A stretch of 64,000 nt of DNA, from positions 160,001 through 224,000 of the forward strand of contig JBFJCP010000002.1 in NCBI GenBank assembly GCA_041615815.1. Direction: 5' to 3'. Below the pieces are notes generated by a model. It was not told the origin of the DNA. It saw only the letters and a program-made list of their open reading frames with translations, and did not search any database. Origin of the DNA: Gemmatimonadales bacterium. GTDB lineage: Bacteria > Gemmatimonadota > Gemmatimonadetes > Gemmatimonadales > GWC2-71-9. Shown piece after piece: positions 40,156 to 49,983 of this stretch. Made by a program: the position numbers and the translations under genes. Within the stretch, counting starts at the first letter, position 1, and every line of letters begins with the position of its first letter.

Positions 40156-40908
40156 CTAGAAGCCCCAGGCCACCAGATTGTCGATGAAAGGCTGCGGGAC
40201 GAGCTCCACCCCGTTGGCATCGGTCAAGAAGAATATCTTGGCGGGCCGCAAACGCACGATCCCCATCACCGGGATCGTATCATCCATCCATCCCAGGATC
40301 TCGACGTGTTCCGGGTCGAACGCCGTCACGGCAGCCCCGACCACGAAGGGAAGCTCGCCCACCCCGTCCGTGAGCTCGTGATCCGCAAGACGTGTGAGCC
40401 TACCGTCCACCACACCCTCTAGCCCGATACCCAACATCTCGGCCAACTCGTCGGTGGGATCCGTTCCGCGATGATCGCTGAGCAGCACGAGCGTGGTGTG
40501 CCGTTCCACGAACCGCGTGTAGGCCTCGAGCTCTCCGGCCCGGTGGGTCCCCCATTCCCCTGCTCGGATGACGTGCGTGTAGGCGTTCAAGAGGTCGGTC
40601 GTCACGACCGCGCCACGTGGGAGCTCCTCTACCTCGTAACCCCGATCTCTGAGGTGGTCTGCGAGCGCTTGTCCCTGGTGGAACTCGTCTGGGGAAAAGG
40701 AGCTGTCCTGGGGGAACCACCACACGCCGCCGTCGTGCGAGGCATCGATGAGAATACGCCCATTGGTCGCCGTGGCAGGAGGATCCGGATCTTGCTGCTC
40801 CTGCGATCGGTCAGGATCGCCGGTTTGCGTGAGGGAATCGGTGATCTGACCGCCGCAGGCGGCCATAGCCAACAAGGCGACGAGCGGAACATGCCAGCCA
40901 CGGTTCAT
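40156..40908 (-). CDS. Hypothetical lipoprotein
   Basis: Lipobox MAAC; ILIDASHDGG motif. Confidence 0.65.
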   Translation of the reverse strand: MNRGWHVPLVALLAMAACGGQITDSLTQTGDPDRSQEQQDPDPPATATNGRILIDASHDGGVWWFPQDSSFSPDEFHQGQALADHLRDRGYEVEELPRGAVVTTDLLNAYTHVIRAGEWGTHRAGELEAYTRFVERHTTLVLLSDHRGTDPTDELAEMLGIGLEGVVDGRLTRLADHELTDGVGELPFVVGAAVTAFDPEHVEILGWMDDTIPVMGIVRLRPAKIFFLTDANGVELVPQPFIDNLVAWGF

Positions 40909-41076
40909 CTTGCCACCACCTATCCCGCGGGTTCCGTGGAGCATACCCGGATGGCGCCCCTCCCGTTCCCATCGGATGGCCGCTCCCCAACCGTCACGAG
41001 TAGTTAAGGCTCCTTTCACGGTCACGCGACCAGAGTGTAAAGAGTGGTGATCCGATCTCCATTCTCGTGAGGTAGT

Positions 41077-41799
41077 ATGACGGGGCTCTTTCAGGTCCGT
41101 CTCGCATGGGCGGCGCTGCGCCGGCCGGTGATTCCCCATCACTGGGATAGACTCCTGTGGAGTACGGGTGCGATCGCGATCGCCGCCGGTGTGATTGTCG
41201 TTGCCGTTCCGGGGAAGGTGGCCGATTGGGTTGCGTTCTTTGCGGTGGTGGCGATCGCGTGCGGACCCACGACGGTGATCATTCCCTTTGCATCCGAGCC
41301 ATTCATCATGGCTTTCGGGCGTCTGCACGAGCCTCTTGTCGTGGCGCTCGTTGGGACCGGGGCAATGTTCGCGATCGAATTCGTGAACTACCAACTGTAT
41401 GCAGACGTTTTGCACACACGCGCGCTACGGCGGTTTCGCAATTCCGAGCTGACGCGACGCGTAGTCCAGGGTTTTCGACACCAACCGTTTCTGATCGTGT
41501 TCATCGTGGCTTTTGGGCCCATTCCGTTTGACATGGTTCGAGCCATCTCAGCCATCTCAGCGTATTCGTTTCCCCGATTCCTCACGGCCATGGTCGCCGG
41601 CCGATTCCCTCGCCTGTGGTTGATTGCGCTGACAGGGAGCGTGCTTCCATTCACCCCAGCCCAGATCCTGGTGTTCGGTCTCGCCATCGCCGTCCTCGTC
41701 ACCCTATTCGCCGTCCGACGCCAGGTCCGACGCGGGAGACACGGAATCGACATGCCGCGCGAGCTGTGGGTCACTGAATCCCCAGAGCCGGGGTCGTGA
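41077..41799 (+). CDS. DedA/VTT (SNARE-associated) family membrane protein
   Basis: GAGG RBS; hydrophobic segments; PIPF...GRFPR motif. Confidence 0.72.
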   Translation: MTGLFQVRLAWAALRRPVIPHHWDRLLWSTGAIAIAAGVIVVAVPGKVADWVAFFAVVAIACGPTTVIIPFASEPFIMAFGRLHEPLVVALVGTGAMFAIEFVNYQLYADVLHTRALRRFRNSELTRRVVQGFRHQPFLIVFIVAFGPIPFDMVRAISAISAYSFPRFLTAMVAGRFPRLWLIALTGSVLPFTPAQILVFGLAIAVLVTLFAVRRQVRRGRHGIDMPRELWVTESPEPGS

Positions 41800-41899
41800 T
41801 TCGCACGCAGCTGGAAACGGCGGCGGGATCGTCACATCCCGCGCCCGCGACATTACCGAAAACCTCACACAGGCTTCACGCTTCGAGGGGCATATTGAT

Positions 41900-42235
41900 G
41901 GTCCGCCGGGCGAGAATTGCGGGAAGGGACCGCGCCGAGTGTAGCGGCTCCCCGTGGATCCGCGTGATCACCTCGACTCGGCATCATGGTGAGGCGAGAA
42001 GTCGCGCCCCCTCACCCACGCCGGTCTGGCGTCCCGGTGTGCCGTACAAGAGGACGGGAAGTCATCTGTCCTGACTTGTAGCGCCCGCGCTGGTGAATCC
42101 AACAGGAGGACTGGGTCCACTGTTGGAGGATGGAAACCGGAGCTCGGAAGGCCCTACCGCCGAAGGCGACTGCGGTGGCCAACCGGAGAAGAACAGGGAC
42201 CGTGCAAACACTCCCTGACCCCGGTAACCAGCGCG
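41900..42235 (+). ncRNA. Candidate structured orphan RNA (family not recognised)
   Basis: Contiguous hairpins plus a 150-nt domain closed by CGCGCTGGT/ACCAGCGCG, followed at once by a terminator. See findings. Confidence 0.5.
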
Positions 42236-42236
42236 C

Positions 42237-42282
42237 AGGGGCGGCCCCCTCTCGATCTCGAGAGGGGGCTGCCCTTCTTTTT
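42237..42282 (+). terminator. Intrinsic terminator
   Basis: GGGCGGCCCCCTCTCG-atct-CGAGAGGGGGCTGCCC followed by TTCTTTTT. Confidence 0.88.
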
Positions 42283-42315
42283 AGGGGAGACTGACGACGA
42301 GCCTGGAGGCTGGTC

Positions 42316-43371
42316 TCACGGCGAACGCCTGAGCGGCACGCCACGGGCCAGCAGCAACTCGGCATTGAGTAGGGCCGCCCCCGCCGCCCCGCGAATCGTG
42401 TTGTGACTCAGCGTGAGAAATCGAAATGCCCCGGTGGCGTCCCGTTTGAGCCGTCCCACAGACACCGCCATCCCCCCACCCGCATCCCGGTCGAGCCGCG
42501 GCTGCGGCCGGTCCCGCTCAGATCGCAGCACGATGGGATGGGGTGGGGCCGAGTGGAGCTTCATCTCCTGCGGTGGCCCCGTAAACGTGCGAAATGCCTC
42601 GGCCACGTCGTTCACGTCTACCTGATTGCGTAACCGGACCCAGACGGCGGCCACATGGCCGTCCTGAACGGCCACTCGATGGCACTGGGCGCTCACGGAG
42701 AACGCCGCTTGAGCAGTGATCTGCCCGCCGTCAGCTGTACCGAAGAGCTTACCGAGCTCCTGCTCCACCTTCTCTTCTTCGTGGGCAATGTACGGCAGGA
42801 CATTGTCCGTGATGTCGAGGGCGGAGACGCCGGGGTATCCCGCACCGGAGAGCGCTTGCATGGTGGCCAGCGTGACCGCCTCCACGCCGAACATGCGGTG
42901 CAACGGCGCCAGGGCGAGCGCCACCATGATCGCGGTGCAATTCGGATTGGTGACGATGAACCCCGGCCCCGAGCGTTGCTCCAGCAGGCACAGGTGGTCC
43001 GGGTTTACTTCGGGAATGACGAGTGGGACCCGCTCGTCCATGCGGTGGGACGACGAGTTGCTGATGACCGGATATCCCTGGTCCGCGAGCGTGGCTTCTA
43101 CCGGTTCGGCCACGTCACCGGGAAGACTCGAAAACACCACATCACAGTCCAGGGGTCCCGAGGGCGCGCCAACCACGATGGACCGCGCCCACTGGGGCAT
43201 CGCACCCGGGAGTCGCCACGTGCAGGCGTCACCGAACGGTGTGCCTTGCGAGCGATCCGAGGCCGCCAGAGCCGTGACGACGAACTGGGGATGCCCATCG
43301 AGCAACTGAATGAAGCGCTGGCCCACCATCCCCGTCGCACCCAGGATCCCCACCCGTGTCCGTTGGGTCAT
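42316..43371 (-). CDS. asd: Aspartate-semialdehyde dehydrogenase
   Basis: GATGMVGQRF, ISNSS.HRM...PEVN, NPNC, QALSGAG, HNTIRGAAG. Confidence 0.95.
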   Translation of the reverse strand: MTQRTRVGILGATGMVGQRFIQLLDGHPQFVVTALAASDRSQGTPFGDACTWRLPGAMPQWARSIVVGAPSGPLDCDVVFSSLPGDVAEPVEATLADQGYPVISNSSSHRMDERVPLVIPEVNPDHLCLLEQRSGPGFIVTNPNCTAIMVALALAPLHRMFGVEAVTLATMQALSGAGYPGVSALDITDNVLPYIAHEEEKVEQELGKLFGTADGGQITAQAAFSVSAQCHRVAVQDGHVAAVWVRLRNQVDVNDVAEAFRTFTGPPQEMKLHSAPPHPIVLRSERDRPQPRLDRDAGGGMAVSVGRLKRDATGAFRFLTLSHNTIRGAAGAALLNAELLLARGVPLRRSP

Positions 43372-44201
43372 CGCAGCGCTTCCTCGAGCAGCGTCGACGC
43401 ATCCGTCTTCGCGTCTCGGTACTTCACGATCACGGGCGCATAGGCGCTCAATTCCCAGCGCTTCGCATGTTCGCTGCCGAGTGGCCGCGCACCAGGCACC
43501 ACCACGGCCCGCCGCGGGACCTCGAGGACACCCCCAGGCGGGCGTCGATATACTTCGCCGCGCACCGCGTCGTACAGCGGCGTCGACCCCGTGAGGATGG
43601 TTCCCGCGGCCAAGACCGCGGCCTCCCCGACCCGCGTCCCTTCGTAGATGCCACACCCCCCGCCCACCAGGACGTCGTCCTCGATGATCACCGGCATGGC
43701 CCCAACCGGCTCGAGCACACCGCCAATCTGCGCCGCTGCTGAGAGATGCACCCGCCTCCCGATCTGGGCACACGAACCGACGAGGGCATGACTGTCGAGC
43801 ATCGTGCCCTCCGCCACATACGCGCCCACATTCACATAGGTGGGCGGCATACAGACGACGCCCGGCGCCACGTAGGATCCGCTGCGAATGCTGGTACCGC
43901 CGGGAACCACACGCACGCCGTCAGCGAGGGTCAGCGGGCGCGTGGGATAGGTGTCCTTGTCGAAGAATCGCAGCGTGCCATCGACGGACATGTCCGCGAG
44001 GCTGCCCATCCGAAAGCCGATCAGAATGCCGCGCTTCACCCAGGCGTTGACCCGCCATGTCCCGTCGGGCCCCTGCTCGGCGGCGCGGATCTCCCCACGG
44101 TTCAACCCACGGAGAAACTCGTCGAACGCCGCCCGGTCCGCCGGCGTGTACTGGCCGCTCGGGCGCTCGGCGAGCGCCTCGATGCGGTCACGAAGAGGCA
44201 T
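43368..44201 (-). CDS. dapD: Tetrahydrodipicolinate N-succinyltransferase
   Basis: WVKRGILIGF, VNVGAYVAEGTMLDSHALVGSCAQIG, GGVLEP. Confidence 0.95.
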   Translation of the reverse strand: MPLRDRIEALAERPSGQYTPADRAAFDEFLRGLNRGEIRAAEQGPDGTWRVNAWVKRGILIGFRMGSLADMSVDGTLRFFDKDTYPTRPLTLADGVRVVPGGTSIRSGSYVAPGVVCMPPTYVNVGAYVAEGTMLDSHALVGSCAQIGRRVHLSAAAQIGGVLEPVGAMPVIIEDDVLVGGGCGIYEGTRVGEAAVLAAGTILTGSTPLYDAVRGEVYRRPPGGVLEVPRRAVVVPGARPLGSEHAKRWELSAYAPVIVKYRDAKTDASTLLEEALR

Positions 44202-45111
44202 GCACCGCCGATGCGAGTAGGTCCAACTCCTGCAGGAGCGCTGACAGCTTCTGCTTGGTCCGATCTTCCACAGGCACGAGCGGGAGGCGGAAGTGCTCCT
44301 CGAGGAGTCCCATGAGCGCGAGGGCGGCTTTCACCGGTCCCGGATTGGTCTCCAAGAAGTTGGCCTCCATCAATGGGAGAAGTCGATTGTGGAGCCCGCG
44401 CGCCGCCTCGAAGTCTCCGCTCAGCGCCAACACTGTGAGTCGCGCCATCATCTCCGGCGCCTCGTTCCCGACTACCGAGATGACACCATCGGCCCCCAGG
44501 GCGATCAGCGGCAGCGTGACCGCGTCGTCACCAGATAGCACGCGGAAGCCCGCGGGCCGGTCGCGTAGGATCGCCATGATCTGCGAGAGGTTCCCCGACG
44601 CTTCTTTGACCGCCACCACGTTGTCGACCTCGCGGGCCAGTTTGAGCGTTGTCTCTGCCGAAATGTTGCATGCCGTACGCCCGGGGACGTTGTACAACAC
44701 CACCGGCGTTCCAGGCACCGCCTCCGCAACCACCCGGAAATGGGCGAAGAGGCCGGCCTGCGTGGGCTTGTTGTAGTATGGAGCCACCACCAACAACGCA
44801 TCCGCTCCCACGTCGACGGCCGCGCGCGCGCGTTCCACGACGGCGGCAGTTGCGTTGGTCCCGACCCCTGCGATCACGCGGGCACGGCCGCGGGTGCTCT
44901 CGACGGTCAGGGCGATGACCTGTCGCTGTTCTTCGGCCGTCATGGTGGCGCCTTCGCCGGTGGTGCCGCATGGAACGAGCAAACGCACGCCGCCCTCGAT
45001 TTGCCGCTCGAGGAGATGCCGCATCCGAGGCTCGTCCAGGGCGCCCGTGCGGGTAAATGGGGTCACCAGCGCGGTGGCGCATCCTTTTAACCATTCCACT
45101 GTCTGGGTCAT
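44188..45111 (-). CDS. dapA: 4-hydroxy-tetrahydrodipicolinate synthase
   Basis: ALVTPF, GTTGE, PYYNKP, LYNVPGRT, KEASG, SGDD, ETNP. Confidence 0.96.
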   Translation of the reverse strand: MTQTVEWLKGCATALVTPFTRTGALDEPRMRHLLERQIEGGVRLLVPCGTTGEGATMTAEEQRQVIALTVESTRGRARVIAGVGTNATAAVVERARAAVDVGADALLVVAPYYNKPTQAGLFAHFRVVAEAVPGTPVVLYNVPGRTACNISAETTLKLAREVDNVVAVKEASGNLSQIMAILRDRPAGFRVLSGDDAVTLPLIALGADGVISVVGNEAPEMMARLTVLALSGDFEAARGLHNRLLPLMEANFLETNPGPVKAALALMGLLEEHFRLPLVPVEDRTKQKLSALLQELDLLASAVHASS

Positions 45112-45818
45112 CGTGCGGTCCTCTCTTCAAGCATGGCGTTGAGGACATCGGCAAAGGTGTACACGCCTGTCTTCCCGCGGAGCCACCGGGCGGCGAGGAG
45201 TGCACCGCTGACGAACCCCATTCTGGTTCGCGCGGTGTGGGTCAACAAAATCTGATCGGCTTCGCTGTCGAAGCCCACCCGATGGGTCCCGGGAATGTGT
45301 CCCGCTCTCGTACTTGCGACAGGTACCTCAGGGAGATGCCGGGTCTCGAGCACTTCCCGGAGTCGCAGCGCCGTGCCAGATGGCGCATCCCGCTTCCCGG
45401 CGTGGTGCGCCTCCTCGATGAACGCGTCGTACAGGTCGATAGCGGCAAACAGCTCCGCCGCACGACTGACGAGACGATAAAAGAGATTGGCGCCCACCGA
45501 GAAGTTCTCGCCGATCACCATCGCCCCGCCCGCTCGCTCCACCACCGCCCGGACGTCCTGCTCGTGCTCGCCCCAGCCGGTCGTACCTTCCACGATGGGG
45601 ACGCCCGCGGCGGCGCAGGCCGCCACGTTCCGCGGTACGGCGGATCCGACGGAGAAGTCGATGGCGGCGTCGTGGCCCTCGAGACGTTCGGCAAGCTTCT
45701 GAGACGCGCGATCGGCATCATCGGACGTGAACACCTCGCCGATGGACATCCCCTCGTCGAGCAGCCGCGCTTCGACGAGGCGACCCATCCGACCACGGCC
45801 GAACAAGGCGATTCTCAC
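45108..45818 (-). CDS. dapB: 4-hydroxy-tetrahydrodipicolinate reductase
   Basis: GRGRMG, IDFS, GTTG, NFSVG, EAHHAGKRDAPSGTA. Confidence 0.94.
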   Translation of the reverse strand: MRIALFGRGRMGRLVEARLLDEGMSIGEVFTSDDADRASQKLAERLEGHDAAIDFSVGSAVPRNVAACAAAGVPIVEGTTGWGEHEQDVRAVVERAGGAMVIGENFSVGANLFYRLVSRAAELFAAIDLYDAFIEEAHHAGKRDAPSGTALRLREVLETRHLPEVPVASTRAGHIPGTHRVGFDSEADQILLTHTARTRMGFVSGALLAARWLRGKTGVYTFADVLNAMLEERTAR

Positions 45819-48271
45819 GTCCGCTCCGCTGTGGCCGCGGAGGACGGGGTCACGGGGTCGGACTCGAGTAACGTCTCTGCCAGTTGGACGTAGAGGTCCA
45901 CACCCCGTCGCAACTCGGTCTTCGCGATCCGTTCGCCCGCGCTGTGCGCGTAGCGAATCGATCCCGGCCCCAGCAAGAATCCCGTACCCCAGTTCGAGAG
46001 GTGTGGGACGTCGGTTGTGAATCCCACGACGCAGGTTTCGAAACCCGACACCGCCGGAAGCCGCATGGGCTGTGTGATCGAGCCGTACGCGATGTGTGCA
46101 CGATCGCCGACCGCTCTTTCGATCATCGCTTTGATGGGCTCCGCTGACGTCACGAGCCGGATTTGCAGTTCCGCCTGAGCGTCGGTGGCCAACACATTAG
46201 GTGCGGTCCCACCTCGGATGGTTCCGATGTGCAGGGTCGTGGCGCCGAAGTAGGGGTCGGTGGGCCAGTCTGACCGTCGGAGATCGTCCAGGGCGTCCAG
46301 CAGGCGATGAACGGCGGAGCTCGCCGCGTCACCGAATCCTGCGTGGCCACCGGGACCCGTGGCCGAGAGCCGAAATTGGAGTGATCCACGGGATCCGACC
46401 GCCAGGCGGTTGTCCGTAGGCTCACCGACGACGACGTAGCGGCATTCGCGCGCACGGGGATGCGCATTGGCAGACCGGGCGCCGAGACTGGCAAGCTCCT
46501 CGTCCGCCACGAAGAGCAGACCCACCTCCTTCACCCCGCCTGCCCGAAGTCGCTCGGCGGCGAGGATCTGCGCGGCGGCGATCCCCTTGGCGTCACACGC
46601 TCCACGCCCCAGCACCGACTCGCCGTCTTCGTGTGATGGAAGATGGGGTGGCACGGTATCGAGGTGCGTGCAGAACACGAGGCGCGGATGCTCGCCGTTA
46701 TACGCGAGCAGATTGGGGCGTCCGGGGGCGGCATCGAATTGGTCGACGCGATACCCAAACCCCTCGAGCAGGGTGGCAACGAACGCGGTGACCTCCGCCT
46801 CGTCACCCGAGACGGACGGGATGTCGATGAGATCCCGGGCCAGACTCACGACATCGAGCTGTCGGTCGGTTCGGCGATTCGCGGTGCGGACAGGCGGCGC
46901 CGAGCTGGTAGGCTCCTCGAGGAGTGATCGATGCAGACGCTGCACAGCGTCACCCACCTGCCGTTCGTCGATCACGAACGTCATGTTGAGGCGCGACGCA
47001 CCTTGCGAGATGAGCGATACGTTCACATCTGGGATCGTCCGAAAGATCCGCGCGGCAATTCCTGGTGTGGTGCGGAGACCCTCCCCCACCACGCAGATTA
47101 CCGCCCGCCCGCTCTCAGTCGAAACCTCACCGAGCGCGCGAAGCTCTTCGACGATCTTGGGTAGTGAGGTCGTGTCGTCCACGGTAAGGGACACGCTCAC
47201 CTCTGACGTCGACACCACGTCGACAGCCGTTCGGTGGCGATCGAACACCTCGAACAACACGTGCAGAAAACCGGCCGCACCCAACATCCGGCCCGACGTC
47301 ACCTGCACAACCGTGATGCCGCTGCGGTGCGCGATAGACTTCACGGTGCCTGGCCAGATGTGCGCTTCGTCGGTGATGAGCGTGCCGGGTACATCCGGGG
47401 CCAGGGTGCTGAGCGTCCGAATGGGAATGCGGTGGTCACGAGCAGGTGCCAGGGTCTTGGGATGCAGCACCTTGGCGCCGAAGAACGCCAGCTCCGCGGC
47501 TTCGGCGTAGGAGAGTACGGGGATCGCCCTCGCCTCCGCCACGAGACGGGGATCTGCGGTGAGGACGCCGGGCACGTCGGTCCAGACCTGAATCTCCGCC
47601 GCGCGCAGTGCGGCACCCAATAGCGCCGCCGTGTAATCCGATCCACCTCGTCCCAGCGTGGTGGTCGCGCCCGCTTCGGTCGCCCCGATGAACCCTCCAA
47701 CCACCGGGATCCGTCCGCCCGCGAGGTGTGGCTCGAGGGATTCGCAGGTCCGTCGATAGGTTGCCTCCCGGATCGGGATCGCCCGGCCGTGCTTGCTGTC
47801 GGTGACAATGCAGGATCGCGGGTCGATGCATACGGCCGGGAGGTCATGGGCCGTCAGGACCGCCGCAAGCAAGGAGCTCGCGAGCCGCTCGCCGTAGGCC
47901 GCGATCTCGTCGATCAGAGCCGCTCGCTGAGCCGGCTCCGTCGCGCATCGCTCGAGGAGCTGAGCGATCGCTCGACTGGCGTTTGCGAGCTCGACGCGGA
48001 CGTCGTGCGACGAACCGCCCGGTACCAGCGCCTCGATGATCTCCTCATGGCGGGAGAACTGCGGGGACAACGCCGCAAACGCGTGGCCGGCCCCGGCGGC
48101 GGCCGCCTGGGTCGTGGCGCCGAGGAGCGCGTCCGTCATCCCGCCAAGCGCCGAGACCACCACCACGCGAGGCCCACGGCATTCGCGGACGATGGTCGCG
48201 ACGCGCTCGAAAGCAGCGGCATCCGCCACCGACGTTCCACCGAATTTGAGAACGATCGGGCCGTCATGCAT
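45815..48271 (-). CDS. lysC: Aspartate kinase (with ACT domains) fused to an M20 DapE/ArgE-like deacylase
   Basis: KFGGTSV, TTLGRGGSDYTA, WTDVPG, ACT repeats; then HLDTVP, GRGACDAKG, DEE, GEPT and AHSAGE in the same frame. Confidence 0.9.
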   Translation of the reverse strand: MHDGPIVLKFGGTSVADAAAFERVATIVRECRGPRVVVVSALGGMTDALLGATTQAAAAGAGHAFAALSPQFSRHEEIIEALVPGGSSHDVRVELANASRAIAQLLERCATEPAQRAALIDEIAAYGERLASSLLAAVLTAHDLPAVCIDPRSCIVTDSKHGRAIPIREATYRRTCESLEPHLAGGRIPVVGGFIGATEAGATTTLGRGGSDYTAALLGAALRAAEIQVWTDVPGVLTADPRLVAEARAIPVLSYAEAAELAFFGAKVLHPKTLAPARDHRIPIRTLSTLAPDVPGTLITDEAHIWPGTVKSIAHRSGITVVQVTSGRMLGAAGFLHVLFEVFDRHRTAVDVVSTSEVSVSLTVDDTTSLPKIVEELRALGEVSTESGRAVICVVGEGLRTTPGIAARIFRTIPDVNVSLISQGASRLNMTFVIDERQVGDAVQRLHRSLLEEPTSSAPPVRTANRRTDRQLDVVSLARDLIDIPSVSGDEAEVTAFVATLLEGFGYRVDQFDAAPGRPNLLAYNGEHPRLVFCTHLDTVPPHLPSHEDGESVLGRGACDAKGIAAAQILAAERLRAGGVKEVGLLFVADEELASLGARSANAHPRARECRYVVVGEPTDNRLAVGSRGSLQFRLSATGPGGHAGFGDAASSAVHRLLDALDDLRRSDWPTDPYFGATTLHIGTIRGGTAPNVLATDAQAELQIRLVTSAEPIKAMIERAVGDRAHIAYGSITQPMRLPAVSGFETCVVGFTTDVPHLSNWGTGFLLGPGSIRYAHSAGERIAKTELRRGVDLYVQLAETLLESDPVTPSSAATAERT

Positions 48272-48384
48272 GGGCGTAGTTCCGACGAGGGTGGTAGGCC
48301 TCCGTAAACTGACCACCCTCGACTGGTTCCACCAGTGTCCCCCAGTATAGCTTTGACAGCCGAGCCGACCCGATGGACGCCCGC

Positions 48385-49332
48385 ATGATCACTCCTTGCC
48401 GAGAACTCGGGACACTCCTGTCGTTCGTGGCCGTCATGGTCGTACTCTTTGGCGGCTGTCGGCGACAGCCGGAGACGCCTCCCGTGCAGGAGGGGCTACG
48501 GCCCATCAACGGAACGGCGCTTTACGTGAAGCGAATGGGCGCCGGCGAGCCGATCGTCATCGTCCACGGCGGGCCCGTGCTCGAGCACGGCTACTTGCTC
48601 CCACATCTGGCACCGCTCGCCGACTCGCACGAGCTCATTTTCTACGATCAGCGCTTGAGCGGCCGATCGGCTCCGAGCGTGGATAGCAGCAGCGTTCGAC
48701 TCGCGACGTACGTCGACGACATCGACGCGTTGCGGCAGACCCTTGGACTCGACCGGATGCACCTCCTGGGCCACTCGTGGGGTGGATTGCTTGCGATGCA
48801 CTACGCGCTCCGCTACCAGCCGAATCTCGAGTCGCTGATGCTGGTAAGCTCCATGCCGGCAAGCGTGGACCGTTGGCAGGAAGAAGAGCGTCAGATCGCC
48901 GGTCAGTTGACGCGGAGGGACAGTCTCGAGCGCGACTCGATCATGGCCACCGAACAATTCATCGAGCGGGCGCCGGCGGCGATCCGGGAGCTCTTGTTGT
49001 TCTCCTTCAAGCAGCAGTTTCATGACCGATCCAAGATTCGCGAACTCGAGCTCTACGTTCCCCCGGACTACACGGATCGCGCGCGGCAGTTCGGATATCT
49101 GAGAGAGGACCTTTCGAGTTTCGATCTATATGACGAGCTGGCCAGTATTTCCGTTCCGACGCTCGTTTTGTATGGAGCCGCTGAAGCAGCGGTCGCGAGC
49201 GGCATCATGGACCTTGCGGAGCGGATTCCGAACTCGAAGCTCGTGATCGTCGGGGACGCCGGTCACTTCCCCTTCGTCGAGCAGCCAGAACGGTTTCTCC
49301 GCGCCGTACGCGACTTCCTCCGAGGCTCCTGA
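48385..49332 (+). CDS. Alpha/beta hydrolase (proline iminopeptidase-like), lipoprotein
   Basis: HGGP, YDQR, GHSWGG nucleophile elbow, AGHFPF. Confidence 0.88.
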   Translation: MITPCRELGTLLSFVAVMVVLFGGCRRQPETPPVQEGLRPINGTALYVKRMGAGEPIVIVHGGPVLEHGYLLPHLAPLADSHELIFYDQRLSGRSAPSVDSSSVRLATYVDDIDALRQTLGLDRMHLLGHSWGGLLAMHYALRYQPNLESLMLVSSMPASVDRWQEEERQIAGQLTRRDSLERDSIMATEQFIERAPAAIRELLLFSFKQQFHDRSKIRELELYVPPDYTDRARQFGYLREDLSSFDLYDELASISVPTLVLYGAAEAAVASGIMDLAERIPNSKLVIVGDAGHFPFVEQPERFLRAVRDFLRGS

Positions 49333-49384
49333 CGGCGGCACCATGCGGTGACGGAACGGGCCCGAGCCCGGAATAGACACGCCG

Positions 49385-49891
49385 CTACTGAAGGACCGCG
49401 TAGAGGCCCATCAGCCCGATCACGAAGCCGAACCCCATCTTCAGCCCGGCAGCCGCGGCGCGGCCCAGGACGGCACCCCACCCTGCCCCCATCGCCGTCC
49501 CGGTCCCCCGGCTATAGGTATACTCGAACAGCGCTGCCCCGATGAACGAGCCCACGAACGCACCGAGGACGCTTCCGAGGAGGGGAACTGGAAGTCCCAG
49601 GACGGCGCCCACGATACCACCGGCCAGCGCGCCCCAGCCGGCCCGCTTGGAGCCGCCGTATCGGCGGGTCATGCGGTAGCCGATCCACGCCTCGAGGATC
49701 TCGCCCACGAAGGCGAGGCCGAGCGCCACCAGGATCATCGTGGTGCTCACGGACGCAAAGTCGGTCAGCCAACCATAACCCAGCAGGCCCACAAGGATGA
49801 CCCAGAGGCCCGGCAAGCCGAGCGGAATCAAGACCACGCCCGCCACGAAACAGACAACGAGGATGAGTATCGCGATCGCGTCGACGATCAT
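49385..49891 (-). CDS. DUF456-family membrane protein
   Basis: LPG...RRYGGSKRAGWGALAGGIVG...GAFVG. Confidence 0.82.
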   Translation of the reverse strand: MIVDAIAILILVVCFVAGVVLIPLGLPGLWVILVGLLGYGWLTDFASVSTTMILVALGLAFVGEILEAWIGYRMTRRYGGSKRAGWGALAGGIVGAVLGLPVPLLGSVLGAFVGSFIGAALFEYTYSRGTGTAMGAGWGAVLGRAAAAGLKMGFGFVIGLMGLYAVLQ

Positions 49892-49983
49892 GGTAGTGCG
49901 GTCGAAGATGGATCAGTGAGGCGGCACCCGCTAGCGGGGTGCCGCTGTGAAACTCTCAGGGCCACGTGACGCAGGGAGATGCT

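Noticed and set aside
42150..42170. CGCCGAAGG resembling a glycine riboswitch core
   Set aside because: Flanking GGAGA and CTCTCAGG elements are not in the right arrangement, and there is no downstream gene on that strand.
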